Shown: piece by piece, positions 1 through 12,644 of the stretch
Layout of the letters: every line of letters begins with the position of its first letter
How positions within the stretch are numbered: the stretch's first letter is position 1
Origin: the human T2T-CHM13v2.0 reference genome, Homo sapiens
Assembly: GCF_009914755.1 (NCBI RefSeq)
Contig: NC_060932.1
Length of the DNA stretch: 64,000 nt
Direction: 5' to 3' (one strand)
Made by a program: the position numbers and the translations under genes
Notes under the pieces: model-generated
Told to the model about the DNA's origin: nothing
What the model saw: the letters and a program-made list of their open reading frames with translations, nothing else
The model's database searches: none

Positions 1-174
1 ATAAGATCCAGTGTAGAGTTCATCCTACTCACTGTTGAGATTTTTCCTATTCCCTTTTCTAGAAAAGAAATTTTTTCCCTTGACTTTGCTCTTATTCTCT
101 TTACCTTAATTCCTACTGCCCTTTTATTTTGCATTTCTTCTCTATCCATCACTTTAAATATTGCTGTACAAAAA

Positions 175-755
175 ATTCTGCCCCAGGATCTAGCAATCTC
201 ACTTCTGGGTATATATTCAAAGGACATGAAATCACTAAGTTGAAGACATATCTCTGCTTCCATATTTATTGCAGCATTATTTACAATAGCCAAGTTATAT
301 GATCAACTTAAGTGTCAACTAATGGGTGAATGGATAAAGAAAATGTGGTATGTCTACACAACACAATAATATTCAGCCTTCAAAATGAAGGGAATTCTGT
401 CATTTGGGTCAACATGGATAAGCCAGGAGAAAATTACTCTAAGTGAAACAAACCAGTCACAGAAAGACAAATACTGTATGACCTCACTTATATGTATAAA
501 ATTTTTAAAAAGCAAACTCACAGAAGAAGAGTAGAATGATGGTTAGCAGAGGCTGGGGGGAGGGAAAATGAGGGAATGATGGCTAAAAAGTACAAAGTTG
601 CAGTTAGACATATGGAATAAATAAGTATTTAAGGTGCTGGATATGGTACTTGATTCAGTCTTTGCACACTATACATATATCTCTCTATATAATAACATCA
701 CTTTGTACCCCATAAATATGTACAATTACAATTTGTCAATAAAAATTTAATTAAA
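175..755 (+). mobile_element. LINE-1 3' end (L1MA-type), 5'-truncated
   Basis: End of ORF2 (CTAGCAATCTCACTTCTGGGTATATA...GCAGCATTATTTACAATAGCCAAG) and L1MA-like 3'UTR, ending TTTGTCAATAAAAATTTAATTAAA. Confidence 0.9.
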
Positions 756-1099
756 GCAATTCTGTCCTAGACGCCCTTTTCTTCTTGTACTCTTAATGCT
801 GTAACGATGATTAGAATTGAGATACATGCTGCTACCACCCACTTTCTACCCATTATGGAAGCTGCCAAACATGTATTGTTTTTCACTGAACCTGGAAGTA
901 AATTCAAACCCAGCACGGCTTTCAGGTAGGCACTACCAATTTGCTTGAATTAATACACAAGATGAGCATTTAGTTTCTTATTGATGACAGCTACTGAGGA
1001 CATAAAAGTCTATGTTTTCATCTTGGCTTCAGATTCAGCTACTAATTGAAAATGATCACCAGGCTTTACAATATGTTTAAAGCAATCTTTAACCCTATG

Positions 1100-1500
1100 C
1101 TCTAAATCAAATAACTATGTAAACCAGAAAACTTGAAGTCATTTTTATCCTTCTCTTTCCCTCTTCACCAATACCTAAGTTTATCCCCCTTTTAATTTTA
1201 CTTCAGAAGGATGTCTAAAATTTGCTTGGATTCTTCATTCTACTTCATAACCACTGAGTCTATTTAGAGAGCAGCATCCTCTCTCATAGACTATTACAAG
1301 AGTCCTCTGACAGTATTTTTAACACTTTAATTTCTCCACCCACCACATCCAATCCTACAAACTGCCAACAGGATACGATAATTTTCATTAATAAAACAAT
1401 GAAAACCAAACAACAACAAATATGGTCCAATTAATATTTTTATTTAAATCTCTGTTGGTAACTTGTTGCCTTATCATACATACAATGTATTGAATTCCTT
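1100..1500 (+). mobile_element. L2 LINE fragment (degraded)
   Basis: AAACCAGAAAACTTGAAGTCATTTTTATCCTTCTCTTTCCCTC...GACTATTACAAGAGTCCTCTGAC resembles the L2 ORF2 end; boundaries approximate. Confidence 0.6.
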
Positions 1501-1949
1501 CCAATACAGCAACACTGTTTTTCTTTCCTTTTTTTTTGTCACATTTCTCCCATGCTCCTACCCTTATACATTTTCATCTTGATGTTCTATATATACTCGT
1601 TTGTCTAACTGTCATATCCTCCCCACCTGGGGAACTTCCCTTGTTCAGGCCCATGGCCATACTACAGTGCTGGTATGTTCCCAAATGCTCTATTTTTACT
1701 TGCAATCATTCCTCGTCCTGGGAATTCAGGCTTTTTTTTTTTCTTCTCTAAAACTTGCATCACACAATTCATTCCATATGATAAATCCAGTCTTCTTCCT
1801 TGGCTCCTTCCCTTGGCTGAGTATGGAGCCAGCCACAAAGCATTCATTTCCATAACCCCTTCTGAGCCCTATAACACATTCAGAGGCTTTCCTTGCAATT
1901 ATAAGGCTTCTCCCGTCCCTAACTGCATTTGATACGGTAATAAAGAAGG

Positions 1950-2170
1950 AGATTGAGGCAAGAATGACCTCTTAGTCTGTAGCATGGGTGACTGAATAAA
2001 TGGTCATGGAAACCAACTGAGATAGAGAATATTTGGAGGAAAAGCTAATGAGTCAAATTTGGACATGATAAATTCAAAGTGCTGTTGGGATACTCATCGG
2101 AGTTGTTCAGTAAATTCTTAGATATACAGAGATGCAGCTAAGAAGAAAATCTATCCTGAGGACTGCACTG
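1950..2170 (-). mobile_element. L2 LINE fragment
   Basis: GGGTGACTGAATAAATGGTC...TTTGGACATGATAAATTCAAAGTGCTGTTGGGATA is typical antisense L2. Confidence 0.6.
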
Positions 2171-2464
2171 ATAACAGGCCTTCAAATCTGCCTATTCATA
2201 ATGCTGCTAACATGATACAGTTCTAAAACACAAATTTAAATAACATCTAAAATTTGTCGATTTCTATGCATAGTTTTCAGGATGAAATCACACACTGTCA
2301 CTCTGAAGAACCTACCCTGCAGGGATTTGTTATTGTAATAATTCTGCTAAAGTTCAGCTTTCAATAATAACAAATTATCAACTATTTGCCAGGAGATAAC
2401 AATTATTAAACTCTAGACAAAATATTTTAAAAACAACTATTTGAAGGCACTGGAAATGTGAAAA

Positions 2465-2755
2465 ATAAATTATGTTACGTATGGTTCCCTACATACAACT
2501 CTTCAACATGCAAACTAATCTGTAGTGACAGGAAGACCAGTGGTTACCTGAAGAGGGTGGGCAGGTAAGTGGGGTAGGGATGAAATATAAAGTGGTACTC
2601 AGACATTTTGGGTGTGATGGTTAGTTTCACTGTCTTGATTATAGTGATGATTTCGTGGATATATGCATATGTCAAAACTTGTCACATGGTACACTTTAAG
2701 TATGTGCTCTTTATGGTGTTTCAATAATACCTTACTGAAGTTGTTTACAAAAAAA
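2465..2755 (+). mobile_element. Ancient L1 (L1MC/ME-type) 3'UTR fragment
   Basis: CAAACTAATCTGTAGTGACAGGAAG...GTCAAAACTTGTCACATGGTACACTTTAAGTATGTG followed by an A-rich tail. Confidence 0.75.
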
Positions 2756-2829
2756 AGTTATTGGCCTCATATACCCAGATATTTTGCAAGTCAATAAGCA
2801 AAATATCTCAATAACAAAAGATTTCACAA

Positions 2830-3270
2830 GATTGTTGCAAATTAACACAAGCATAGTGGCTTAAGACAATGCATATGTATTTCTTACAGTAATGGAGGTC
2901 AATGTCCAAAATCAGTCTCAGTGAGCTAAAGTAGAAGTGCTGACAGGGCTGGTTTCTTTCTGAGGCTCTGAGGGGATTTCTTATCTTTTTCAGCTTCTTG
3001 TGGCCACCTGTCTCCTTGGTTTGTACCTCCCTTCTCCATCTTCGAAGTGCATCCCTCTCCTCTCAGCTTCCATCATCACATCACCTCTTCCTCTAACTCT
3101 CACACCATCTATGCCCCTCTTTTCAGACCACTGTGATTATGTTAGTCCCAACAAGATCTCAGACCCTTTAATTTGGTCACATCCATAGAATCCCTTTTGC
3201 TGTAACACTTGCAAGTTCCAGAGATTAGGTCATGAACATATTTATGGGGCCATTATTCAGGCTGTTATAC
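2830..3270 (-). mobile_element. MLT1 (MaLR) solo LTR, MLT1C/D-like
   Basis: AGTGGCTTAAGACAA...TCTTACAGT...GGCTGGTTTCTTTCTGAGGCTCTGAGGGG...GGGGCCATTATTCAGGCTGTTATACA. Confidence 0.8.
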
Positions 3271-3630
3271 AAGGGAAGGAAAAAAACTTACGAATAGTGG
3301 ACATGGAAGGTGTTCTTCCTCACTGGTACTCCAATAAATATACATTAAAATTAGATGACATTTGTCCTTTAGCAGATAAATGAAGCTTTGAAAATTATAA
3401 AACCTGGTGCTGGCAACATTACAGGAAAACAAGTAATCCTATACACAGAATGAAAGACATCCAAGACAAGTAATCTTTAATATTATTGCTTATATCTTGC
3501 TAGCAAAATTATGGGTAATCTTAGTTTTCTTCTATGTTCTTGAAGTATTTTCAAAATTTATTATTTGAAAAACTGAAAGAGAGACAAAAGATTTTTCTTA
3601 AATGCCATGCCTTCCAACCCACAAATTGGC

Positions 3631-4617
3631 TATATTTGTCAGGGCTCTCCAGAAAAACAAAATCAACATATTGGAGAGATATAGATATAGATATTATATT
3701 AGTCCATTTTCATACTACTATAAAGAATTGCCCAAGACTCTGTAATTTATAAAGGAAAGAGGTTTAATTGGCTTACAGTTCAGCATGGCTGGGGAGGCCT
3801 CAAGAAACTTACAATTAAGACAGAAGGTGAATTGGAAGCAAGGCACCTTCTTCACAAGGCAGCAAGAAAAAGAAGTGTCATGTGAGGGGGAAAGGGCCCC
3901 TTTTAAAGCCATCAGCTCTCATGAGAACTCATTCACTATCATGAGAACAGCATGGGGGAAACTGCACCCATGATTCAATTATCTCCACCTGGTCTCTCCC
4001 CTGACACATGAGGATTATGGGGATTATGGTGATTACAATTCAAGATGAGATTTTGGTGGAGACACAAAGCCTAACCATATTAGATATAGATATGTAAGAG
4101 GAGATTTATAGTGGGAATTGGCTCATGCAATTATGAAGGCAGAGAAGTTCTACAATATACAACATGCTGTCAACAAGGTGAAGAACAGGGAAGCTGGTGG
4201 TATATTTCAGTCTGAGTCTAAAGGCCTGAGAAGCAGTGGAGTTGATAGTATAATTTTCAGTCTGAAGCTAACGGCCTGAGGAACTGTGGGCTGTTGGTAT
4301 GAGTGCTACAGTTCAAAGGCCAGAGAACCTAGAGTTCTGACACCTGAAGACAGAAGGAGATGAATGTCCCAGTGCCAAAAACGATGGAGACAGAGTGACT
4401 TCATCCTTCCTCTGCTTTTTTGTTCTATTCTAGCTCTCAATGGATTAGATGATGCCTGCCCACACCGGTGAGGTCAAATCTTCCTTACTCAGTCCAGCGA
4501 TTCAAATGCTAATCTCTTCTGAAAACACCTTCATAGGCACATTCAGAAATAATGTTTTATCAGCTATCTCAGTGTCTGTTAACCCAGCCAAGTTGACACT
4601 TACAATTAACCATCATA
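3631..4617 (-). mobile_element. MLT2 (ERVL) solo LTR, interrupted by a THE1 LTR
   Basis: Begins GTCAGGGCTCTCCAGAAAAAC; resumes GAGGAGATTTATAGTGGGAATTGGCTCATGCAATTATGAAGGC; ends CCAAGTTGACACTTACAATTAACCATCATA (reverse complement of the MLT2 start). Confidence 0.9.
3695..4082 (-). mobile_element. THE1 (THE1C/D-like) MaLR solo LTR
   Basis: TATATTAGTCCATTTTCATAC...GACACAAAGCCTAACCATATTA; 5-bp TSD GATAT at 3690-3694 and 4083-4087. Confidence 0.93.
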
Positions 4618-7454
4618 CTAGGCTGCTTGAGCATCAGTATTCTATTCTTTGAGACTTAACCAGAATGTATACACAGCTGTCCACTGAAATCTTGAAGTTG
4701 ATGTTCCAGTTCAGATAATCAGTAAACTTTGTAATTGTTATGGATGTCACATATTTTATGAGAGTTCAAATTATATAACTGTGTATATAGATAAGAATAT
4801 GGCTCTTCAGAAACATAAACATCCTGCTTTCAAATTTTAAATTATTTATAAATTATTCCACTAGTCTTTAAGTGTAAATGAAGAAAATCTCTACGATTTC
4901 AATTTTTTAAAAGAAGTAACCTCTCAGAAAGCAAAAATGAGATCAGACTCTATATTAAAAGTTATCAAAATGAGAGTAAAATAAAAAAGAAGCCAAATAT
5001 TTTATGAAGTATTTAGAATTATTAAATGCCTCCCTTGAACACCATCCAGATTTATTTGACTTTGAAAAATGTTCATAGATCTACCAGAGTCACAAGGTCT
5101 TGGGATGCTGGATAATCTTGTCACAAGGCCTCTACACTGGCCTGAAAGGATTTTAGCCCATGTTGGAAGTTTTCTACTACAGATAACTTTCAAAAATTCA
5201 TTACATTTTGCTTTTCTTCATTTAAATTTCATACAGAGTGAAGGCTACTTTCAGGAAACTTTTCTAAGCAACCCTTTGAAGCATTACATTTCCCAACTTA
5301 TTAAAGGATAATAAAGGAGATATTTGTTTATTCATTCAATAAATATTGAGTACCTCTGTGGCAAAGACTGTACTTATACTGAAAAAAAGTCATTACCAGA
5401 ATAGTTTGAAGCATTATATCTTTGAAACTTTGGTTACTGGATTAGTAGCTATCATTCTCTAAAGTTTATTGTGATGAGGGCAAAGTTTCACAGTAGTAAA
5501 TCTTAGAGGTTGTAGCCATAACTTTTCTTTCTGTGTGTAGCATTGTCATGTCTGTAATGATATTTATTACATTTGGCTTAAAGCCATTCAGTGGCTGTTT
5601 TTCTGCCCAATTACAAATTCATCATTGTCATTGCTAGTCATCTGGACGTGTGCATCTCCCATAATTGTTCCCATTTTATAACATGGCACAGCCCATCTTC
5701 AGGGATTCAGTCTTACGTGATAGAATGGTTTTCTTTCACAAGTTAAAAGTCATGAGCCAGTTAAGTACTGTTTCTTGATTTTCAAAAAAGCTGACAGTGT
5801 TATCCATTACTGTTTCAACTAATATGACCTCAATTTCTTAGCCCCTCAAACCTTTCTCAAAATCAGAAAACTAAACTCCAGAAAGGAAATATGCAATGAG
5901 GGTGTTTTATGTTGTAGGTTTTTAGGTTGGTTGGAAATCATTTCAACTCGAATGGAAAACAATGGTCATTTCAAGGGGAATTCATATTAAGACATCCATA
6001 AACCAAAATCTCAAAGACTGGTTTTGCTTTGTAATCATGATTTGATATGGTTTTTCATCACTGGTTAGAGCAGTCAGAGATAACACTGATTGTGGGTCCA
6101 CAATGTCTGTAGGTGGAAGCCATATTCTGGGTAGAAAGTGGATTCACAGTGGAGGCATTGAGCACCAACCCTCCTCACTCATTCTACCAAATCTGTCTAT
6201 GGGGATTTAGGTCTCAGGACTCATTGATTGGAAACTGTGTTGCCTAAAGAGACCTGGAAGATAATAATAAGAAAGTCTAGATAAGTTTTGCCCTCTAGGG
6301 CTTTCTATGAAGGGAAAAATCTAATAGTCATTTCTGGAGTAAACTAATGCTGTGAGCTTTCTTCTTGGAGCCAGCAGTTTAAATCCTTTTCCATCTGCAA
6401 TAATCTCAGAATGTTGGCCTGATTTCCTTCCCTTGATTTCTAAGCATGGCATTATCACCATCATTTCTTTCCATTAAAATAAATAATAAAGCCTTTCAGA
6501 AGGTGACTATGCCAGGTAAACAACAAGCTCTGAAGCCAAAATATCCTGAAAGGATGTAATTTAATACATTTGCAGTAAAGTCTGACAAATGCTTGCTCTT
6601 AAACTTGTTAGTTATTATACTGAAGGTGTGTAAGATTTGTATAAATTACCGAGTTGCTGTAATTCCAACAAGTTAAACCATTTATTTTAGTTTTCTAGGA
6701 GGAGAAGGGAACGCTGGAAAGATGTTTTGTTTCGCAGAAGCCTGCCTGTACTGAGTCTTCTGAATTCCATATGGAGTTCTCTGAATTCCCAGACACCCTG
6801 TCTTTGGCAGAACCCAACTGCTGAGACTGACAGTAGCCACCTGAGCATATTGTATGTTGTAAGTGATTCAACCTCAAGCGCATGACTGGCTGGGCTTAAG
6901 GTAAAATGTGATCCCTTTCCTATGCTTTGAAAGATTCTTTGGCCATATGGCAGGACAAAAAGAAACTCAAAGAGGATCTGCTAAGCCCTCAAGTGATAAG
7001 GTGCAAGAAAAAGAGGAACCCAAACTTTCTGAGGCAATGGAGGAGGTTGAACAATATCAACTCTCCTTTTGCCACCTCTTTCAAATACATATTCCAAAAC
7101 AGGCCAGAGCTTGTGTTAGTCTAGGATAGTCACAACCATCCAGTTATCTTTCAGGGTTTCATCTTCCCTCTAACTATGATAAAATATAAAGAACAAGGCC
7201 CATACGCATGTCTTTGTTTCTTTCTATGTATTTTGGCTGACCTTAGCAATTGACCATACCAGCAATACCTGTTGCAGCTTAAGGAGAAAGTTCTTGCATC
7301 TCCCATTTTCTCCCCCAAACCTGAAATTCCTGTATTAAGGATTTATTTGAATTAACAAATAGAAATTATAATAATAATTAAAAAGACATACCTTTTATGT
7401 GAATTCATTGAATCACATTGATTTCCTTATTGTTTGTAGGAGGAAAGAAATATG

Positions 7455-7610
7455 AACAACTTTTGCCAACTATAAAATAAGATTACATATAACTACCTAG
7501 CATGATGAAAGACAGTATTACATGAGATTATGTATGGAAAATTTCAGACCCTGCTGGTATATTGTATATACTCAAAATGTAATAGCTGTTTTGGGGAACT
7601 CCTATTAGTT
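7455..7610 (+). mobile_element. MIR SINE fragment (3' half)
   Basis: CTATAAAATAAG...CTACCTAGCATGATGAAAG...ATGAGATTATGTATGGAAA...TACTCAAAATGTAATAGCTG. Confidence 0.55.
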
Positions 7611-8652
7611 AGTAAAAGACAGCTAGAACCAGGAGGTGTAGTTGACTCTTCCTTAGGGTTGTTATTTAGTGTTCAGATATTTTTAAGTTTTAAATTTATA
7701 TTAAAATTATGAATAGCTATTTATTTATAGACAGCTTCTTTCTGGGTGACTTGTTTGGGCAGAAATAAAAAGAGGGCATTCAACAAGGATGAGATGGGAT
7801 CCTAGGGTTGAGAAATCAGGTAAATCTTCATAGACAAAACAGGCAAAGGAAAACTCTTGTTCATTCATCAACGGGGAAAAATAAGAAAATGACGATTTGA
7901 TAGCTATTCCACCCTTAAGAGTCAAACAAGCCTTGAGCCCCATGCTGAGCTCAGAGGCGAACAAGACTCAAGTACAGGGGACTATGGGGTTTGAGGCTTC
8001 AGGAAAACCAAAAGGTAATATGGAAGGGATCTCTGATCTTATGGCAGGGGTTGTTTATCTCTTGCCAGATTTGATCATCTCTTTTGCATGATCCTCCCAC
8101 AGGTCAGTGGTGGAGTTTGAAGAGAGGGTGGCCAGAGGGCCACTCTGATTTTGGAAGAGCAGAAATAGAGGGAATAGAATTATGAGGAGGCCCTTGCATT
8201 GATACAGATGTGTTAGCATTCACCACTTCTCAAACATAGCAGATTATTTGGGAAATTGAACTACATTTCTCACCACTTAATAATTCAAGAAGTGGTTACT
8301 CGAGGCACCAGGAGGACTGAATCCTTCACATGTTATGTTAACATCATCACAGAAGCTCATGTTATCATAGGAACTAGACAAAATAAGAAAACTTATTTAG
8401 CATCTTTAATTTTCCTTGTGAATTCTTCATTTGTGATACGAGAAGAAAATCAGGTCACTTGAAGGAAATGATTTAATCCTAAAAAAGAGCCACTTAACAG
8501 GCATATATTATCACCATTCAATAGAAATTAATAAAGTGTTAGTGTTTACAACATTTCTCAGTATATGCAAATGGAAGTGGGATTCATTTTAATTGGAATT
8601 TGCATTGCATTAGAATTTTCATCCATATCTGAAAAGTATCATCAGTAGAAAA

Positions 8653-8674
8653 GTGTGTGTGTATATGTGTGTAC

Positions 8675-8748
<74 letters not shown>

Positions 8749-8775
8749 CTATCTATAGTGAGAGAGAGAGAGAGA
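8653..8775. repeat. Compound microsatellite: (TG)n, [TCTA]9[TCTG]4[TCTA]5, (GA)n
   Basis: Read directly: TCTA x9 at 8676-8711, TCTG x4 at 8712-8727, TCTA x5 at 8728-8747, GA run at about 8760-8775. Confidence 0.97.
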
Positions 8776-10492
8776 ATATCCCTGGACTTCCCATTCCCAG
8801 TTTGAGTATCAGCAAGTGCATATTAACTTAATTACCAAATCTGGCTTGCTTGTGGCCCATGTCTATGTGACTATAGAACATCAACACTCCTATTAAATTC
8901 ACACTAGTTATTTCTGGGAGTAGCCAGGATACATTACATGAATTGCCTCCTTTCATTTTGATGTTCTTAGTGAAGTCCACTGACTGGAAGTCATTTGGGA
9001 AGTACAACCATGCTGGCTCTGTGGTCCCTGGTCTCCCCAGCCTGCTGCTGTCCTGGGAGGGCTCCTTGTAGATTCTCCACTTGATGCTATTGAATTCTAG
9101 GGAGAGATGGAGAGAATCCTCATTCCCACTTCTAGGACTTCACTAATCACTGGGGCTCTAAAACTGCTTTGTTGTGTCCTAAATCACAAGATTCCTTATT
9201 CAAACAGCTCTTTTATCTTCTGTTTTCAGATAGCTCTTTTTGCTTTATATAGTGACTTAGAAATAATTTTACTGGCTGGATGGAAACCATTTTCCCAAAT
9301 AAAAGTGTGTCTACTTTTTAAAATCTTCCTAAATCTGCCCCAGGTATTAGGTACTAACAGTTTCCTTTCAGATTATCCCTCACCTATTATAACTCAGGCA
9401 ATCTTGGTTTAGGCTCAGCTTAGCTACCTCACTACATTCACACCTATTCCTTGAGGATTCACATTAAATTAGCTTTCAGGTGTTGTGAATACGAACTGCA
9501 GAGTCCCACAGGAAATTCACTGAACAAGTTATCAGGAGAATACGGGTTTTCACTTCACCTAATTAGAAAGTTGCTGTATGATCAAAGACTGACTATTTTA
9601 TCTCTCTGGGCTTCAGTTTCCTTATGTATAAAATGAAAGATTTGGTCTCAATCTATGGTTTTTAAACTATTTGGTGATCAGAGATCATTTTCAGAATCCA
9701 ATGATGATACTGAATCTCATTCTGAAAAATCCAAATATACATGCTATGAACTGTATTAGTCCGTTTTCATGCTTCTATGAGGAACTGTCTGAGACTGAGT
9801 AATTCATAAAGGGTTTTAATTGACTTACAGTTCAGCATGGTTGGGGAGGCCTCAAGAAACTTACAATCATGGCAGAAGGTGAAGCGGAATCAAGGCACGT
9901 TCTTCACAGGGTGGCAGGAAGGAGAAGGGCCAACTGAAGGGGAAAGATCCCTTTATAAAACCATCAGATCTTGTAAGAACTCATTCACTATCTTGAGAAC
10001 AACACTGGGGAAACCTCCCTTATGAGCCAATTACCTCCACCTGATCTTTTCCTTGACACATGGGCATTATGGGAATTATGGGAATTATAATTCAAGATGA
10101 GATTTGGGTGGGAACACAAAGTCTAACCGCATCATTCCACCCCTAGCCCCTCCCAAATCTCATGTCCCTTTCACATTTCAAAACCAATCATGCCTTCCCA
10201 ACAGTCTTCCAAAATCTTAATTTATTCCAGCATTCACCCAAAAGTCCAAGTCCAATGTCTTATCTGAGACAAGGCTAGTTTCTTCTGCCTATAAGCCAGT
10301 AAAATCAAAAGCAAATTAATTACTTCCTAGATAAAATGGGGATATAGGCATTGCATAAATACACCCATTCAAATGGGAGAAATTGTCCAAAACAAAGGGG
10401 CTATAGGCCCCATGCAAGTCTGAAATCCAGTGGGGAAATCAAATCTTAAAGCTCTGAAATTATCTTCTTTGACTTCATGTCTCATATTCAGG

Positions 10493-11227
10493 TCATACTG
10501 ATGCAAGAGGTGGGTTCCCATGGTCTTGAGCAGCTCCACCCCTGTGGTTTTGTAGGGAAGAATCCCCCCTCCTGGCTGCTTTCATGGGCTGGCATTGAGT
10601 GTCTGTGGCTTTTCCCGGCACATGGTGCAAGCTGTTGGTGGATCGACCATTATGGTGTCTGGAGGATGGTGGTTCTCTTCTCACAGCTCCAGTAGGCTGT
10701 GACCCAGTGTGGACTCTGTATGGGGGATCTAACCCCATATTTCCCCTTCTGCACTGTCCCAGCAGAGGTTCTCCATGAGGGCTCCACCCCTGCAGCAAAC
10801 TTCTGCCTGGACATCCAGTCATTTCTGTACCTCCACTGAGATTTAAGTGGAGGTTCCCAAACCTCAATTGACTTCTGTGCACCCACAGGCCCAACACTAC
10901 ATGTAAGCCACTAAGGCTTGGGGCTTGCACCCTCTGAAGCAATGGCCTGAGCTGTATGTTGGCCCCTTTAGCCACAGCTGGGATGCAGGATATCAAGTCC
11001 CAAGACTGGACAAAGCAGCAAGGCCCTAGGCCTGGCCCAGGAAACCATTTTTTCTTCCTAGGCCTCTGGACCTGTGATAGGAGAGGCTGCTGTGAAATCC
11101 TCTGACATACCCTGGAGACATTTTCTTCATTGTCTTGGAGATGAACATTTGGCTTCTCATTACTTATGTAAATTTCTGCAGCAGGCTTGAATTTCTTCTC
11201 AGAAAATGGGTTTTTCTTTTCTAGCAT
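10493..11227 (-). pseudogene. Remnant of the MaLR/THE1 internal ORF (244 aa open stretch)
   Basis: MLEKKNPFSEKKFKPAAEIYISNEKPNV...RPRKKKWFPGPG matches the typical translation of THE1/MST internal sequence; lies wholly within the THE1 internal region. Confidence 0.75.
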
Positions 11228-11940
11228 ATCATCATACTGTGAATTTCCCGAACTTTAATGCTCTGCTTCCCTTTTAAACATAGGTTCCAATTCCAAACCA
11301 TCTCTTTGTGAATGCATAAAGCTGAAAGCTTTTAAGAGCACCCAAGTCATGTTTTGAATGTTTTGTTGCTTAGAAATTTCTTCCACCAGATACTCTAAAT
11401 CATCTCTCTCAAGTTCAAATTCCACAGACCTCTAGGGCAGGGACAAAATGCCACAAGTCTCTTTGCTGAAGTATAGCAAGAGTAACCTCTATTCCAGTTC
11501 CCAACAAGTTCCTCATCTCCATCTGAAACCACTTCAGTCTGGACTTTATTGACCATATCACTATCAGCATTTTGGTCTAAGCCATTCAACAAGTCTCTAG
11601 GAAGTTCCAAACTTTCCCACATCTTTCTGTCTTCATCTGAGCCCTCCAAACCTCTGCCTGTTACCCAGTTCCAAAGTCACTTCCACATTTTTGGGTATCT
11701 TTACAGCAGCACCCCACTATCTGTGCTACCAATTTACTGTATTACTCTGTTTTCACACTGCTATAGAGAACTGCCTGAGACTGGGTAATTTAAAAAGGAA
11801 GAAGGTTTAATTGACTGATAGTTCAGCATGGCTGGGGAGGTCTCAGAAAACTTACAACCATAGAGGAAAGCAAAGGTGAAGCAAGACACCTTCTTCACAG
11901 GATGGCAGGAAGGAGAAGTGCTGAGTGAAGAGGGAAGAGC

Positions 11941-12644
11941 TGTAACCTCCCAATGGGTTCGCCTTGCCCTCCAAAGGAATTGCAATGGGGAAAGAGTAAT
12001 TCACGCAGATCCACCTGTGCAGGAGACCAAAGTTTTATTATTACTAAAGTCAGTCTTCCCGAGCATTTGGGGATCAGAGTTTTTAAAGCTAATTTGTAGG
12101 GTGGGGGCTTGGAAGGTGTGGAGTGCTGATTGGTCAGGTTGGAGATGAAATTATACAGGGTCGAAGTGAATTTTTCTTGCTGTCTTCTGTTCCTGGGTGG
12201 GATGGCAAAACTGGTTGAGCCAGATTACCAGTCTGGGTGGTGTCAGCTGATCCATCAAGTGCAAGGTCTGCAAAATATCTCAAGCGCTGATCTTCAGTTT
12301 TACAGTAGTGATGTTATCCCCAGGAGCAATTTGCGAAGGTTCAGACTCTTGGAGCCAGAGGCTGCATGACACCTAAACTGTAATTTCTAATCTTGTAGCT
12401 AGTTTGTTAGTCCTGCAAAGCCAGACTGGTCCCCAGGCAAGAAGGGCGTCGTTTTGGGAAAGAGCTGTTATCAATTTTGTTTCAGAATCAAACCATAAAC
12501 TGGATTCTTTCCTAAAGTTAGTTTGGCCTATGCCCAGGAATGAATAAGGATAGCTTAAAAGTTAGAAGCAAGATGGAGTCAATTAGGTCTGGTTACATTC
12601 ACTGTCATAATTTCCTCAGCTATAATTTTGCAAAGCCAGTTTCA
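11941..12644 (-). mobile_element. LTR8 (ERV1) solo LTR
   Basis: Minus strand begins TGAAACTGGCTTTGCAAAATTATAG...GACTCCATCTTGCTTCTAAC; TG...CA termini; perfect 4-bp TSD GAGC at 11937-11940 and 12645-12648. Confidence 0.92.

Noticed and set aside
6908-7129. Charged, protein-looking ORF (GQKETQRGSAKPSSDKVQEKEEPKLSEAMEEVEQ)
   Set aside because: No recognisable homologue and no convincing splice sites; explained by a purine-rich tract.
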